Below are positions 21,965 to 30,966 of a stretch of 32,000 nucleotides of DNA, one piece after another. The translations under genes were made by a program, and so were the position numbers. Position 1 is the first letter of the stretch. Every line of letters begins with the position of its first letter. The stretch comes from Ruminococcus albus 7 = DSM 20455 (lineage in GTDB: Bacteria > Bacillota > Clostridia > Oscillospirales > Ruminococcaceae): positions 960,001 through 992,000 of the forward strand of contig NC_014833.1 in NCBI RefSeq assembly GCF_000179635.2, written 5' to 3'. The notes under the pieces were generated by a model. That model saw only the letters and a list, made by a program, of their open reading frames with translations, was not told the origin of the DNA and made no database searches.

Positions 21965-24900
21965 ATGAATCAGCAGGTCGTGCGTGATATGGATATTGCT
22001 GTCATCGGAATGGCTGGACGTTTTCCACATGCTGCGAACATAGAGGAATACTGGAAAAATATCAGCGAGGGAAAGGACTGCATCGATCGTACCGGCGTGA
22101 AGAAAGAAAATTTCGTGGACGCTTACGGACAGCTCGATGATATGTATTTTTTTGATGCAGAATTTTTTGGTGTGAATCACAGTGATGCAGTTTGCATGGA
22201 TCCGCAGTTCCGTATCGTAATGGAATGTGTTTATCACGGTTTGGAGGATGCAGGTTATGCACAGGATACAGGAGATCGTGAGATCGGACTGTTTCTGGGA
22301 GCAGATGAAAACTATTATGTCTGGAATCATTACTATAGCAAGAAGTACAGTGGGCAAACTTTTGACCGTGTATCAATGTTTCTGCAGAATACACTGGCAA
22401 GCAGCATTTCCTATAAGCTGGATCTGCAAGGTCCGTCGATGGTGATGCGTGCTGCTTGTGCCACATCACTTGCTACAGTTCATTACGGCATACAGAGTCT
22501 GCTGAACTATGAATGCAATCTGGTTGTTGCAGGCGGTGTGAATATCCGTGAATATGATGAAGGATACCAGATAGTTGACGGAGTTTCCTCCTCCAGCGGT
22601 GCACTGAGGGCGTATGATGAAAATGGGGACGGTTATGTTCCGGGTAATGGTATGGGAGTTTTGGTAATGAAGCGGGCAGAAGATGCTATCCGCGACGGAG
22701 ATCATATCTACGCACTGCTTAAATCCAGCGCATTGGTCAACGATGGAAGCAGGAAAGCAGGATATCATGCCTCCAGTGTGCAGGGAGAAGCAGAAGCGAT
22801 GGTGAAGGCTCTGGAACTGTCAGGTGTTTCTCCTGAGGACATACAGTATATTGAAGGCCACGGTACAGCAACCCCACTTGGAGATCGTGTGGAGATCCAG
22901 GCGATCGACCGTGCTTATGGATCATTTACAGGAAACTATCAGGTGGAGATCGGTTCAGTGAAATCCAACATAGGGCATCTTAATGTTGCTGCAGGTATCG
23001 CCGGGCTGATAAAAACGATCCTCTGTGTTGAAAAGGGTATGATCCCGCCAACTATCAATTTTGCAAAAGAAAACCCTGAACTTCTGAAATATCAAGGAAA
23101 GATCAGTGTCAGTACATCGCTGCATCCGTGGAAGAAAAACGGAGTCAGACGTGCTGCTGTCAGCTCATTCGGATTTGGCGGATCTGATGCTCATGTTATA
23201 GTAGAACAAGCACCGGAAGTACATAAATCGGCACCACAGGCTATGGATCATTTCTTAGTTCCTGTCAGCGGTATCACGGAAGCAGCTCTTGAACGGAATA
23301 TTGAGCTTCTGAAAGCCTTTATTGCCAAGCATCATGATATGACGGCAGAGATTGCCTATACCTATCAGGTCGGGAAACGGCATTGTAGGTGCCGCAGTTA
23401 CCTGATACTGGATGCACACGGGGAGATCGTCACTGAATCCGTGAACGATATGTTCTTACGTCTGAAATCACTGGGAGAACGTTATGTCGGCGGAGAGGAT
23501 ATTGACTGGAATGCTGAATGGGAACAGAAACCTTCAAGGATACCGACAACCGGATATGCGTTTGAAAGAACGGAATACAAACATCCGGAAACCGAGTTCG
23601 TATCAGCACAGAGAACATCTGTCAAAAAGCGTGTACTGATCCAGGATGGTCTTTCGGACAGCCGATATGCATTAAGTTCGTATATTGCTAAACGTCCGGA
23701 GGTCAAACTCTATCTTGCAGAAAGAGAGGATCGTAACCGTAGTTTTGTGATCGGTGATCCGTCGGAAGTATGGCAGAAAACCTCCCAAAATGCAGAAAGA
23801 TTGTGTGAGGCTTCACAGATCCACCTCATAGGAGCTGATAGTTCGGCAAAACAGGATATGGAACAGTTGTGCCGTTTAGGTGCAGCATATTTTCTTAGTG
23901 TATGCCGTTTTTCAGGATCGCATCTTACTATGCATCAATGGATGGCAGATAATGAATTTCTCACTGAGAATGTGCATTTTCTGAGGTTCATTATCGGACT
24001 GATCAGGGATGCTTCCATTCTGATAACAAAGGATGACAGGCTCACACTACTGAATGCTGAGAAGATGAAGGAGATGGGCGGAGCATTTGATGCAGCTGTC
24101 ATTACATTCTGTAAGGATCATCCTGAATTTGCAGATATTGCAGAACTTCTGGCAGAAAGTGTGCATCACTACATGGAATTTGCACAGGGCAAGAGAAACG
24201 GTAATGATATTCTGCGTCAAGGCGGCAGCATCAACAGTTTACAGAACGTAGGACAGACCGCTACAACAGAAACTGTTTATTGCAAACTTCTGGCACAGAT
24301 CCTGAAGCAGGGCAAACAGAGCGGCAGCGAATTGTCTGTAATGGAGATAGGCGGCGGTACCGGTCAGCTGACAGGAGAGATCGTTAAACAGCTTGGCTCT
24401 GAACAGCTGCGCTACCTGTTCACTGATGTTGGCAAGGGATTCGTGCAGAATCAGAGATTGTCAGCTAAGCAGAATCAATGGGATTTTATGGAGTTCTCGG
24501 TCGTGGATGCAATGGAAGATCTCACAATGCAGGGTATTGCCAAGGACAGTTTGGATGTTATGGTAGAAGATAATATGCTGCATCTGCTAAAGGATCTGCC
24601 TGCTGGACTTAAAAATATCCGTCAGGTACTAAAACCGGGAGGATATCTGGCGGCTGTCCAGGTAATTCTCACTTACGATGTACAGGAATGTGTATTTGGT
24701 ATACTTCCCGGCTGGTGGAATTATAAAGATTCAGTTCCTGCACGTGAACGGCCTTACTTGAGTATAGAGGAATGGAAACGCTGCTTCCGCGAAGCAGGCT
24801 TTGAATTGGTGCTGTCTTTTCCCGAAACCGATGCACCTGAATTGACAAATACGGCGATCTTCCTGTTGCGAAAACCTGAAAATGCTGAAGGAACACTGGA

Positions 24901-25402
24901 TGTGGTCAGAGAGGAACGCCTTGCGTCCCTGCAGAAAAATGCAGGTTCTGCGCAGGTCATGTTCTATAGGAATGAAGATGAACTTGCTCAGATCTGCAAT
25001 AGTCTTTTTGATGCTGAACAGCTTCTTTGCGAAGATACGTGTAAGATAACAGCAGTGGATACTGTACAGAAAAAGAGTGCAGAAACAACGCTTCTGGATG
25101 AATTGAAAACCATCGCTACTGAGATCCTGAATATTGATGATATCGCGGTCGATGAAGATATTATGGACTATGAATTTGATTCACTTTCTGTCCTTATACT
25201 TAATGCTAATATCAAGGAGAAATATCACACAGATATTGGGATAGCTTCTTTGTATGAACTTGGTTCACTTCGTAATATATCGGAATATCTTGAAAACAGG
25301 ATGTCACAGGAAAGTGAAGGCGGCATGGATCATGGAGATCAGTCAGCTGCTGAAGAGGAAAAATACAGTCCTGAGGATCTTCTGGATGAATTGTTTGAAT
25401 GA
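21965..25402 (+). CDS. AT-less polyketide synthase module KS-(linker)-cMT-ACP
   Basis: The track ORF starts at 21935. ATG 21965 has GGAG (21954-21957) 7 nt upstream and is preferred. KS ~21992-23215 (DIAVIGMAGRFP; active-site AACATS with Cys 22457-22459; EGHGTATPLGD; SNIGHLNVAAG). The KS-flanking linker FLVPVSGITEAALERN…AYTYQVGKRH runs directly into the post-AT-type motif IPTTGYAFERTEY (~23540-23580), so no AT is present. Class I methyltransferase ~24150-24870 (VMEIGGGTGQLTG at 24341-24370; DVMVEDNMLHLL; LKPGGYL). ACP ~25075-25300 (EFDSLSV, Ser 25181-25183). No KR/DH/ER recognised. Confidence 0.85.
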   Translation: MNQQVVRDMDIAVIGMAGRFPHAANIEEYWKNISEGKDCIDRTGVKKENFVDAYGQLDDMYFFDAEFFGVNHSDAVCMDPQFRIVMECVYHGLEDAGYAQDTGDREIGLFLGADENYYVWNHYYSKKYSGQTFDRVSMFLQNTLASSISYKLDLQGPSMVMRAACATSLATVHYGIQSLLNYECNLVVAGGVNIREYDEGYQIVDGVSSSSGALRAYDENGDGYVPGNGMGVLVMKRAEDAIRDGDHIYALLKSSALVNDGSRKAGYHASSVQGEAEAMVKALELSGVSPEDIQYIEGHGTATPLGDRVEIQAIDRAYGSFTGNYQVEIGSVKSNIGHLNVAAGIAGLIKTILCVEKGMIPPTINFAKENPELLKYQGKISVSTSLHPWKKNGVRRAAVSSFGFGGSDAHVIVEQAPEVHKSAPQAMDHFLVPVSGITEAALERNIELLKAFIAKHHDMTAEIAYTYQVGKRHCRCRSYLILDAHGEIVTESVNDMFLRLKSLGERYVGGEDIDWNAEWEQKPSRIPTTGYAFERTEYKHPETEFVSAQRTSVKKRVLIQDGLSDSRYALSSYIAKRPEVKLYLAEREDRNRSFVIGDPSEVWQKTSQNAERLCEASQIHLIGADSSAKQDMEQLCRLGAAYFLSVCRFSGSHLTMHQWMADNEFLTENVHFLRFIIGLIRDASILITKDDRLTLLNAEKMKEMGGAFDAAVITFCKDHPEFADIAELLAESVHHYMEFAQGKRNGNDILRQGGSINSLQNVGQTATTETVYCKLLAQILKQGKQSGSELSVMEIGGGTGQLTGEIVKQLGSEQLRYLFTDVGKGFVQNQRLSAKQNQWDFMEFSVVDAMEDLTMQGIAKDSLDVMVEDNMLHLLKDLPAGLKNIRQVLKPGGYLAAVQVILTYDVQECVFGILPGWWNYKDSVPARERPYLSIEEWKRCFREAGFELVLSFPETDAPELTNTAIFLLRKPENAEGTLDVVREERLASLQKNAGSAQVMFYRNEDELAQICNSLFDAEQLLCEDTCKITAVDTVQKKSAETTLLDELKTIATEILNIDDIAVDEDIMDYEFDSLSVLILNANIKEKYHTDIGIASLYELGSLRNISEYLENRMSQESEGGMDHGDQSAAEEEKYSPEDLLDELFE

Positions 25403-25414
25403 GGTAAAGTGATA

Positions 25415-27127
25415 ATGAGCTTTTTGAAAAGAGTGGCGCAGTTAACGCCGGAACAGCAGAGGGTACTCAAGGAAAAGGCTGAAACAGACGGTGCACGGTA
25501 CGGTTTGTATCCGCTTTCTCCGGAACAACGCAATATGTGGTTTATCTATCAGTATCAGAAGCAGGATATTAGCTATGTCAGCCGCTATCAGATCTCATTT
25601 GAGGGGCATTATAGCATTGATATCATTGAGAGATCTTTCCGCTGCCTGTTAAAAAAGCACAAGATCCTGCGTACGGTTTATCCGGTCATAGCCGGTAAGC
25701 CTTTCCAGATGGTTCAGGATGCAGACAGTGTACCACATCGGGTCGTACATCTGTCAGGCAGAGCGGATGAGGATGCAAAGCAAATCGAGTCAGAAGCGAC
25801 AACGGTTTTCGATCTTGCTGCAGAGATCCCGCTTCGTTACACACTGTTTATCAGAAGTGATACATCTGCAATGCTTCTGCTGTCTATACATCATATTGCA
25901 CACGATGGCTGGTCACTGAGTATTCTGCGGGATGAATTATTTTCGGTATACAGAACGCTGGCAGCCGGAGAAATTCCCGAATTGGAGCCTGAACCTTTCA
26001 GCTATCTTGATTATGTGTGCTACACTAATTCAGAAGCGGCAGATTATGCAGAGGAGCGTGCATACTGGAATACTCATTTTGATCCGGAAATCTGTGAGAT
26101 ACCGTTTCAGGAAAGTGGATATCCGGCAGAAAACGGAAATGTCATAAAGCAGCTTAGTTTCCCTATGTATCAGAAGCTTAAAACCTATGCGTCTGAAAAC
26201 AAGCTCACGCTCAGTGAGATATGTTTTACCGCTTTGGGAGAGTTGTTGTGCAAGGGAAGCGGATGCGGGAAGATAAACATCGGGATGCCCGTCCTGAACC
26301 GCGAAAAGAAGTATCTGAACACTGTTGGATATTTCTCAAATACGACCGTATTTCAATATGATCAGCAGCCGGAAACCGATGCCGATGAACTGCTGCGGCG
26401 AGTACATCTCCAGATGGCTGATGTACTTAATGCTTCACGCATACCTCTGGAGGAACTGGTAAAGGACGTTGCTGTTAAACGCACGACCAAAAAACGGCTG
26501 TTCAATGTCATTTATAGTTTTCAGGGAAAGAATTATTACGGCGGTCAGCGTAAGGAACAACTTCCGGATGCACAGGCAGAATTCTGTATTTTCTACAGTG
26601 AACGAAAGGCATCCACCGATTTTGCTATGACTTTTCATGTCATTGAAGAGGAAAACGGTATTCGATTCGGTATAGGATATCAAGGTATCTACATTTCAGG
26701 GGATACAGCAGAAAAAATGTTGGAACAGTATGTTAGTATATTGAGTGCGCTTTTGAAGAATGAACGGCTCTGTGCGGAAGATGTACGTCAGAATGTTCAT
26801 CTGCGCCTTGCTGTTCCGGAACTCAATAAGCATACCGAAACCTCGGAAAATACCGCAACTATGCAGAAAATATACAGAATATGGGTTAAGGTACTGGGTG
26901 AGATCCCTTACGAACCTGAAAAACCGTTCTTTTCGCTGGGCGGAACATCCTTCCAGAGTTTTCAGGTTCTGGAGGAGCTCAATGCAGATTTCGGGATTCA
27001 GCTGTCTATAGCAGATTTCTTTCAATACAGTTCGATCGCTGAACTTGCCAATCTTGTCGATACACGCATCGGAACGACTTCTGACGGTTCTGATGCTTCA
27101 GATGAGATGGAGAGCCTTATGTTCTGA
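25415..27127 (+). CDS. Free-standing NRPS condensation-thiolation (C-T) didomain protein without an A domain
   Basis: The track ORF starts at GTG 25409. ATG 25415 lies 10 nt after GAGG. C domain ~25500-26750 (LSPEQRNMWFIYQ as C1; LRTVY; HHIAHDG at 25889-25909; VGYFSNTTVF as C5). T domain ~26860-27070 (FFSLGGTSFQS, Ser 26948-26950). No adenylation motifs anywhere in the protein. Confidence 0.85.
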   Translation: MSFLKRVAQLTPEQQRVLKEKAETDGARYGLYPLSPEQRNMWFIYQYQKQDISYVSRYQISFEGHYSIDIIERSFRCLLKKHKILRTVYPVIAGKPFQMVQDADSVPHRVVHLSGRADEDAKQIESEATTVFDLAAEIPLRYTLFIRSDTSAMLLLSIHHIAHDGWSLSILRDELFSVYRTLAAGEIPELEPEPFSYLDYVCYTNSEAADYAEERAYWNTHFDPEICEIPFQESGYPAENGNVIKQLSFPMYQKLKTYASENKLTLSEICFTALGELLCKGSGCGKINIGMPVLNREKKYLNTVGYFSNTTVFQYDQQPETDADELLRRVHLQMADVLNASRIPLEELVKDVAVKRTTKKRLFNVIYSFQGKNYYGGQRKEQLPDAQAEFCIFYSERKASTDFAMTFHVIEEENGIRFGIGYQGIYISGDTAEKMLEQYVSILSALLKNERLCAEDVRQNVHLRLAVPELNKHTETSENTATMQKIYRIWVKVLGEIPYEPEKPFFSLGGTSFQSFQVLEELNADFGIQLSIADFFQYSSIAELANLVDTRIGTTSDGSDASDEMESLMF

Positions 27128-27177
27128 TCGGATCTAAACCGAATATACAAATCCACAATATGTAGGAGAAAAAGGAT

Positions 27178-30100
27178 ATGTTATATCAAGATAAAATCGC
27201 AGTGATCGGGATGGGCGGAGTATTTCCCGGTGCTGATGGATTAGAAGAATTTCAAACCCAACTGGAAAAAGGAGTGGATTGCATCCGTCCTATACCCCGG
27301 ACAAGACTGGATCTTGTCGGACTGCACGACCCGTCGCTATATGTTGAGCGCGGATATATAGATGACATCGCATCGTTTGATCATGAGTTCTTTGGTTATT
27401 CTAAAGGTGAAGCGGTCCTGCTAAATCCGTCTCACCGTATTGCGCTGCAAACTGCAGTCCACACAATGGAATATGCCGGTTACACCAGAAAGAAACTGCG
27501 TGATTCCAATACAGGTGTGATACTGGCTGTTGGGAATAACAGCTATCTGCAAACGTTGGGCGATACTTCCGGTGCTGCTTATAATGCCAATGAAGCAGGC
27601 ATGGCAGCTGCACGTATTTCCGATTTTTACAAACTGCGCGGCAAGTCATATACGCTTGATACCACCTGTTCATCTTCCCTGATGGCTATACACCAGGGTG
27701 TTATGGAACTGGAATCCGGAGAGTGTGATCTTATCCTCTGCGGTGGTGTCAATATACAGATCGAACCATATACCAAAAAAGAATTTGAGAATACATCCTT
27801 TGGCATAATTGCAGATTCTTACCGAAGCAAGTCATTTGATTCACAGGCATCGGGCACAGGTGTGGGAGAAGGCTGCGCGATGGTACTGCTCAAACGAATG
27901 GAAGATGCTGTGCGGGACGGAGATCATATCTATGGTGTGATCCTTGGATCGGCTGCCAATCATAACGGCGGCAGATGCAACAGCCTTATTGCTCCGAGTT
28001 CTTCAGCACAGACCGAGTGTATCATACGTGCATGGGAACGCAGCGGCATTGATCCTGCGAAGATAGGCATGGCAGAAGCCCATGGTACCGGAACGAAGAT
28101 CGGAGATCCCATCGAAATGAAAGGTTTGCAGGATGCCTTTGCTCATTTTGGGGTGATGAAAGAGCATAGCTGCGCCCTTACCGCAGTCAAAAGTAATATC
28201 GGACATCTTGGCATGGCAGCAGGAGCTGCTTCATTTATCAAAGCACTCATTGCCATATATGCTGAGAAGAAATATCCGCTGGTGCATTTTAAGCAGGGAA
28301 ATCCTCAGATCGCATGGGAGCATTCAGTTGTTTATCCGTGCAGACAAACGGAGAAATGGAACGATGCGGAACGATATGCGTGTGTCAATTCATTGGGATT
28401 ATGCGGTACGAATGTCCATATGGTCATAGGTAACGCACCAGAAAAACTTGAAAAGCCAAAACATCTCACAGAGAATATACTGAAACTAAGTGCATCATCA
28501 CCTGAAACTCTGCGTGATTATGCAGCGGCATATGCAGGATTCATTGACACTCATCCTGATATATGTCCGACTTCATTGGCATTCTCAGCAAATACAGGAC
28601 GGGATGATGCAAACTTCCGTACGGCATTTTCTTTCAGAGATCTGGAACAGCTTCGTAAAAAACTGTCAGAAGATATCGGAGGCTCCAAAACATCATTCAG
28701 TCAGTTTTATCTGCTTGTTGATGGCAGTGTTTCAGAAATGACGGTACTTGAACATCTTGCCGCGTGTGTACCGCAGATGGCACATCAGTTTGACTTGCTT
28801 AAAAAGGCACACAGCAGTCTGACACCTGACGGGACACAGCTGCTTCTGTATACGGCACTTGTGAACAGTTTCAAGGTAATGGGACTTAACTGTCGCGGTA
28901 TCGTGGGAATACGCGGAGGACAGGCGATCGTGAATCTCATCAATGGCAAGATCACACCGGAACAGGCTGCAGATGGCGTTCGGGATATGTCAAAAAGCGA
29001 TTTTGACCGCGAGAAATTTATGGCATTCGCTGAAAAAAAGACTGATGCACTGCTGATCGGATTTGGAAAAGACAGTGAGATGATGCGCCTTCTGGAAGGA
29101 CATGAACGAATATTGCAAGTCACACAGGATGATCCGCTTTTACTGTTTGAAACGCTGTACTGCGGAGGCTTATATATCGACTGGGATGCATTTTATCACG
29201 AAAAATTGGAAAGAACATCAGTGCCGGCATATCCGTTTGCAAAGAAAAAATGCTGGCAGTATGTGAAAGCAGAAACTGTACAGTCAGCATCACTTGCAGA
29301 GGCAGAAGTTATGCAGAAAAGTAAAGATCCTGTAGAACAGTATGTGTACAGGCTTTTTATTGAAAACCTGAAACTGGATGATGTAGGACTTGAGGATGAT
29401 TTCTTTGAACTTGGCGGAAATTCTATCATGTCACTTAAAATCATCCAGAAACTCAAGGAACGCTATGGCGATACCATAGAATTGGATGATCTTTATGAAT
29501 ACGCCACCATACGGGAGATCGCCGAACTTATAAAGGAACAGTCTGATGTATCGGTGCAGGCAGATGGCAAAGCACCTTCCGTCAATGATCCCTATCAAAT
29601 GAAAAAAGCACCTGATATGGAGTATTATCCGGTATCGGATGCCCAGAAGCGTATGTGGATCATGACTATGACCAACAGCAGTGATACCGCTTACAATATG
29701 CCTGCTTGCATGGAGATCAATGGTAAACTGGATGTCAAGAGGTTCGTGGATGCTTTTGAACGTATCGCACAGATACATGAGAGTTTCCGTACAACATTTC
29801 ATCAGGTGGAGGGCAGTGTTTTACAGAAGATCGAGGATTCAGCACATTTCAAGGTGGAACTTCTCGATGATCCTGAACTGGATGTCCGTACACTAATCCG
29901 ACCGTTTGATCTTGAGCATGGTCCGTTGATGCGTGTTGTGCTTATCAGGCGTGGGCAAGATAGGTATACAGCATTTCTGGACATTCATCATATCATAGGT
30001 GACGGGACTTCTATGGGGATCATGTTGAGGGATTTCCTGGATCTGTATCAAGGACATGAGGTGAAAGAACCTCCATACAATTACCGCGACTTTACCCTCT

Positions 30101-30939
30101 GGCAAAATGAATTCAAACAGTCCGCATTCAAGCTGAAACAGGATGATTACTGGAGAGAAGAACTGCGGGATATAGTTAATTTTGAGTCTACACTGCCATT
30201 GGATTTCGATCGTCCGAAAGTTCGTACAAATGAAGGTGATCTCTATGAGATGGTATTTGATGCAGAGTTTACGAGAAGGCTCAAGCAATTTGCAGGTGAT
30301 CAGAAATGCACTCTGAATATTCTGCTGTTGTCCGCGCTGTTTCTGGTGCTGGGCAGATGCAATCATCAGGATACTGTTGTGATAGGTATGCCTATCTCAG
30401 GCAGACACGGTGATGATCAGCATCGTATAATCGGAATGTTTGTGAATATGCTCATTATCAAGATTCATCTGGATCCGGATATGTCATATCTTCAAATGCT
30501 GGATTCACTTAAAAGGAAAGCATTCCGTGCATACGAGAATCAGGATTCACAATTCAATGATGTAACAGAGATGATGGAATTTGAGCGCGAAGCCAACAAA
30601 AATCCATTCTTTGATCTGGTATTTGCATTGCAGGAGATCGATATCCCGCGTCTGGAATTGCCTGAACTGACATTCACTTCACAAAATCTGGATATGTCCT
30701 CGAAATTTGATCTGGTTTGTACCGCTTATGGAATGGGCGATGAGATCAGACTTTCGATGCGCTACTGGATCCGTATTTTCAAGGAGGAGACCGTTAAGCA
30801 GATCATGCAGGATTTCCGAGAAATCCTCGGTGAGATCCTGGATTCACCGGACAGAAAACTGTCCGTGATCGGAATGCGGAGCATGGAGAAGCTGCAGAAG
30901 GACACCACTTTTGATGAGATCAATTTTTCATTTGATTAA
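27178..30939 (+). CDS. Hybrid PKS-NRPS protein KS-(vestigial AT)-T-C
   Basis: 1253 aa; AGGAGAAAAAGG SD upstream. KS ~27190-28440 (KIAVIGMGGVFP; DTTCSSS with Cys 27667-27669; EAHGTGTKIGD; SNIGHLGMAAG). AT-like remnant ~28680-29000 (FYLLVDGSVSE where ATs have FxFxGQGSQ; GIRGGQ at 28906-28923 where ATs have GHSxGE), followed after only ~90 aa by the post-AT motif VPAYPFAKKKCW. Carrier domain ~29330-29540 (FFELGGNSIMS, Ser 29422-29424). Complete LCL-type C domain ~29610-30900 (YPVSDAQKRMW; FRTTF; HHIIGDG at 29986-30006; YRDFTLW; IGMFVNMLIIK; NKNPFFD). Confidence 0.85.
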   Translation: MLYQDKIAVIGMGGVFPGADGLEEFQTQLEKGVDCIRPIPRTRLDLVGLHDPSLYVERGYIDDIASFDHEFFGYSKGEAVLLNPSHRIALQTAVHTMEYAGYTRKKLRDSNTGVILAVGNNSYLQTLGDTSGAAYNANEAGMAAARISDFYKLRGKSYTLDTTCSSSLMAIHQGVMELESGECDLILCGGVNIQIEPYTKKEFENTSFGIIADSYRSKSFDSQASGTGVGEGCAMVLLKRMEDAVRDGDHIYGVILGSAANHNGGRCNSLIAPSSSAQTECIIRAWERSGIDPAKIGMAEAHGTGTKIGDPIEMKGLQDAFAHFGVMKEHSCALTAVKSNIGHLGMAAGAASFIKALIAIYAEKKYPLVHFKQGNPQIAWEHSVVYPCRQTEKWNDAERYACVNSLGLCGTNVHMVIGNAPEKLEKPKHLTENILKLSASSPETLRDYAAAYAGFIDTHPDICPTSLAFSANTGRDDANFRTAFSFRDLEQLRKKLSEDIGGSKTSFSQFYLLVDGSVSEMTVLEHLAACVPQMAHQFDLLKKAHSSLTPDGTQLLLYTALVNSFKVMGLNCRGIVGIRGGQAIVNLINGKITPEQAADGVRDMSKSDFDREKFMAFAEKKTDALLIGFGKDSEMMRLLEGHERILQVTQDDPLLLFETLYCGGLYIDWDAFYHEKLERTSVPAYPFAKKKCWQYVKAETVQSASLAEAEVMQKSKDPVEQYVYRLFIENLKLDDVGLEDDFFELGGNSIMSLKIIQKLKERYGDTIELDDLYEYATIREIAELIKEQSDVSVQADGKAPSVNDPYQMKKAPDMEYYPVSDAQKRMWIMTMTNSSDTAYNMPACMEINGKLDVKRFVDAFERIAQIHESFRTTFHQVEGSVLQKIEDSAHFKVELLDDPELDVRTLIRPFDLEHGPLMRVVLIRRGQDRYTAFLDIHHIIGDGTSMGIMLRDFLDLYQGHEVKEPPYNYRDFTLWQNEFKQSAFKLKQDDYWREELRDIVNFESTLPLDFDRPKVRTNEGDLYEMVFDAEFTRRLKQFAGDQKCTLNILLLSALFLVLGRCNHQDTVVIGMPISGRHGDDQHRIIGMFVNMLIIKIHLDPDMSYLQMLDSLKRKAFRAYENQDSQFNDVTEMMEFEREANKNPFFDLVFALQEIDIPRLELPELTFTSQNLDMSSKFDLVCTAYGMGDEIRLSMRYWIRIFKEETVKQIMQDFREILGEILDSPDRKLSVIGMRSMEKLQKDTTFDEINFSFD

Positions 30940-30966
30940 ACCATTCAAATGATCCGGAGGTATTAC

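Noticed and set aside
23630-23730. Possible degenerate KR/Rossmann N-terminus (RVLIQDGLSDSRYALSSYIAKRPEVKLYLAER) between the KS and cMT of the first PKS
   Set aside because: The resemblance to the TGGTGxLG NADPH motif is superficial (no Gly-rich loop), and no downstream KR catalytic motifs (K, S, YxxxN) were found by eye. A profile search would be needed.
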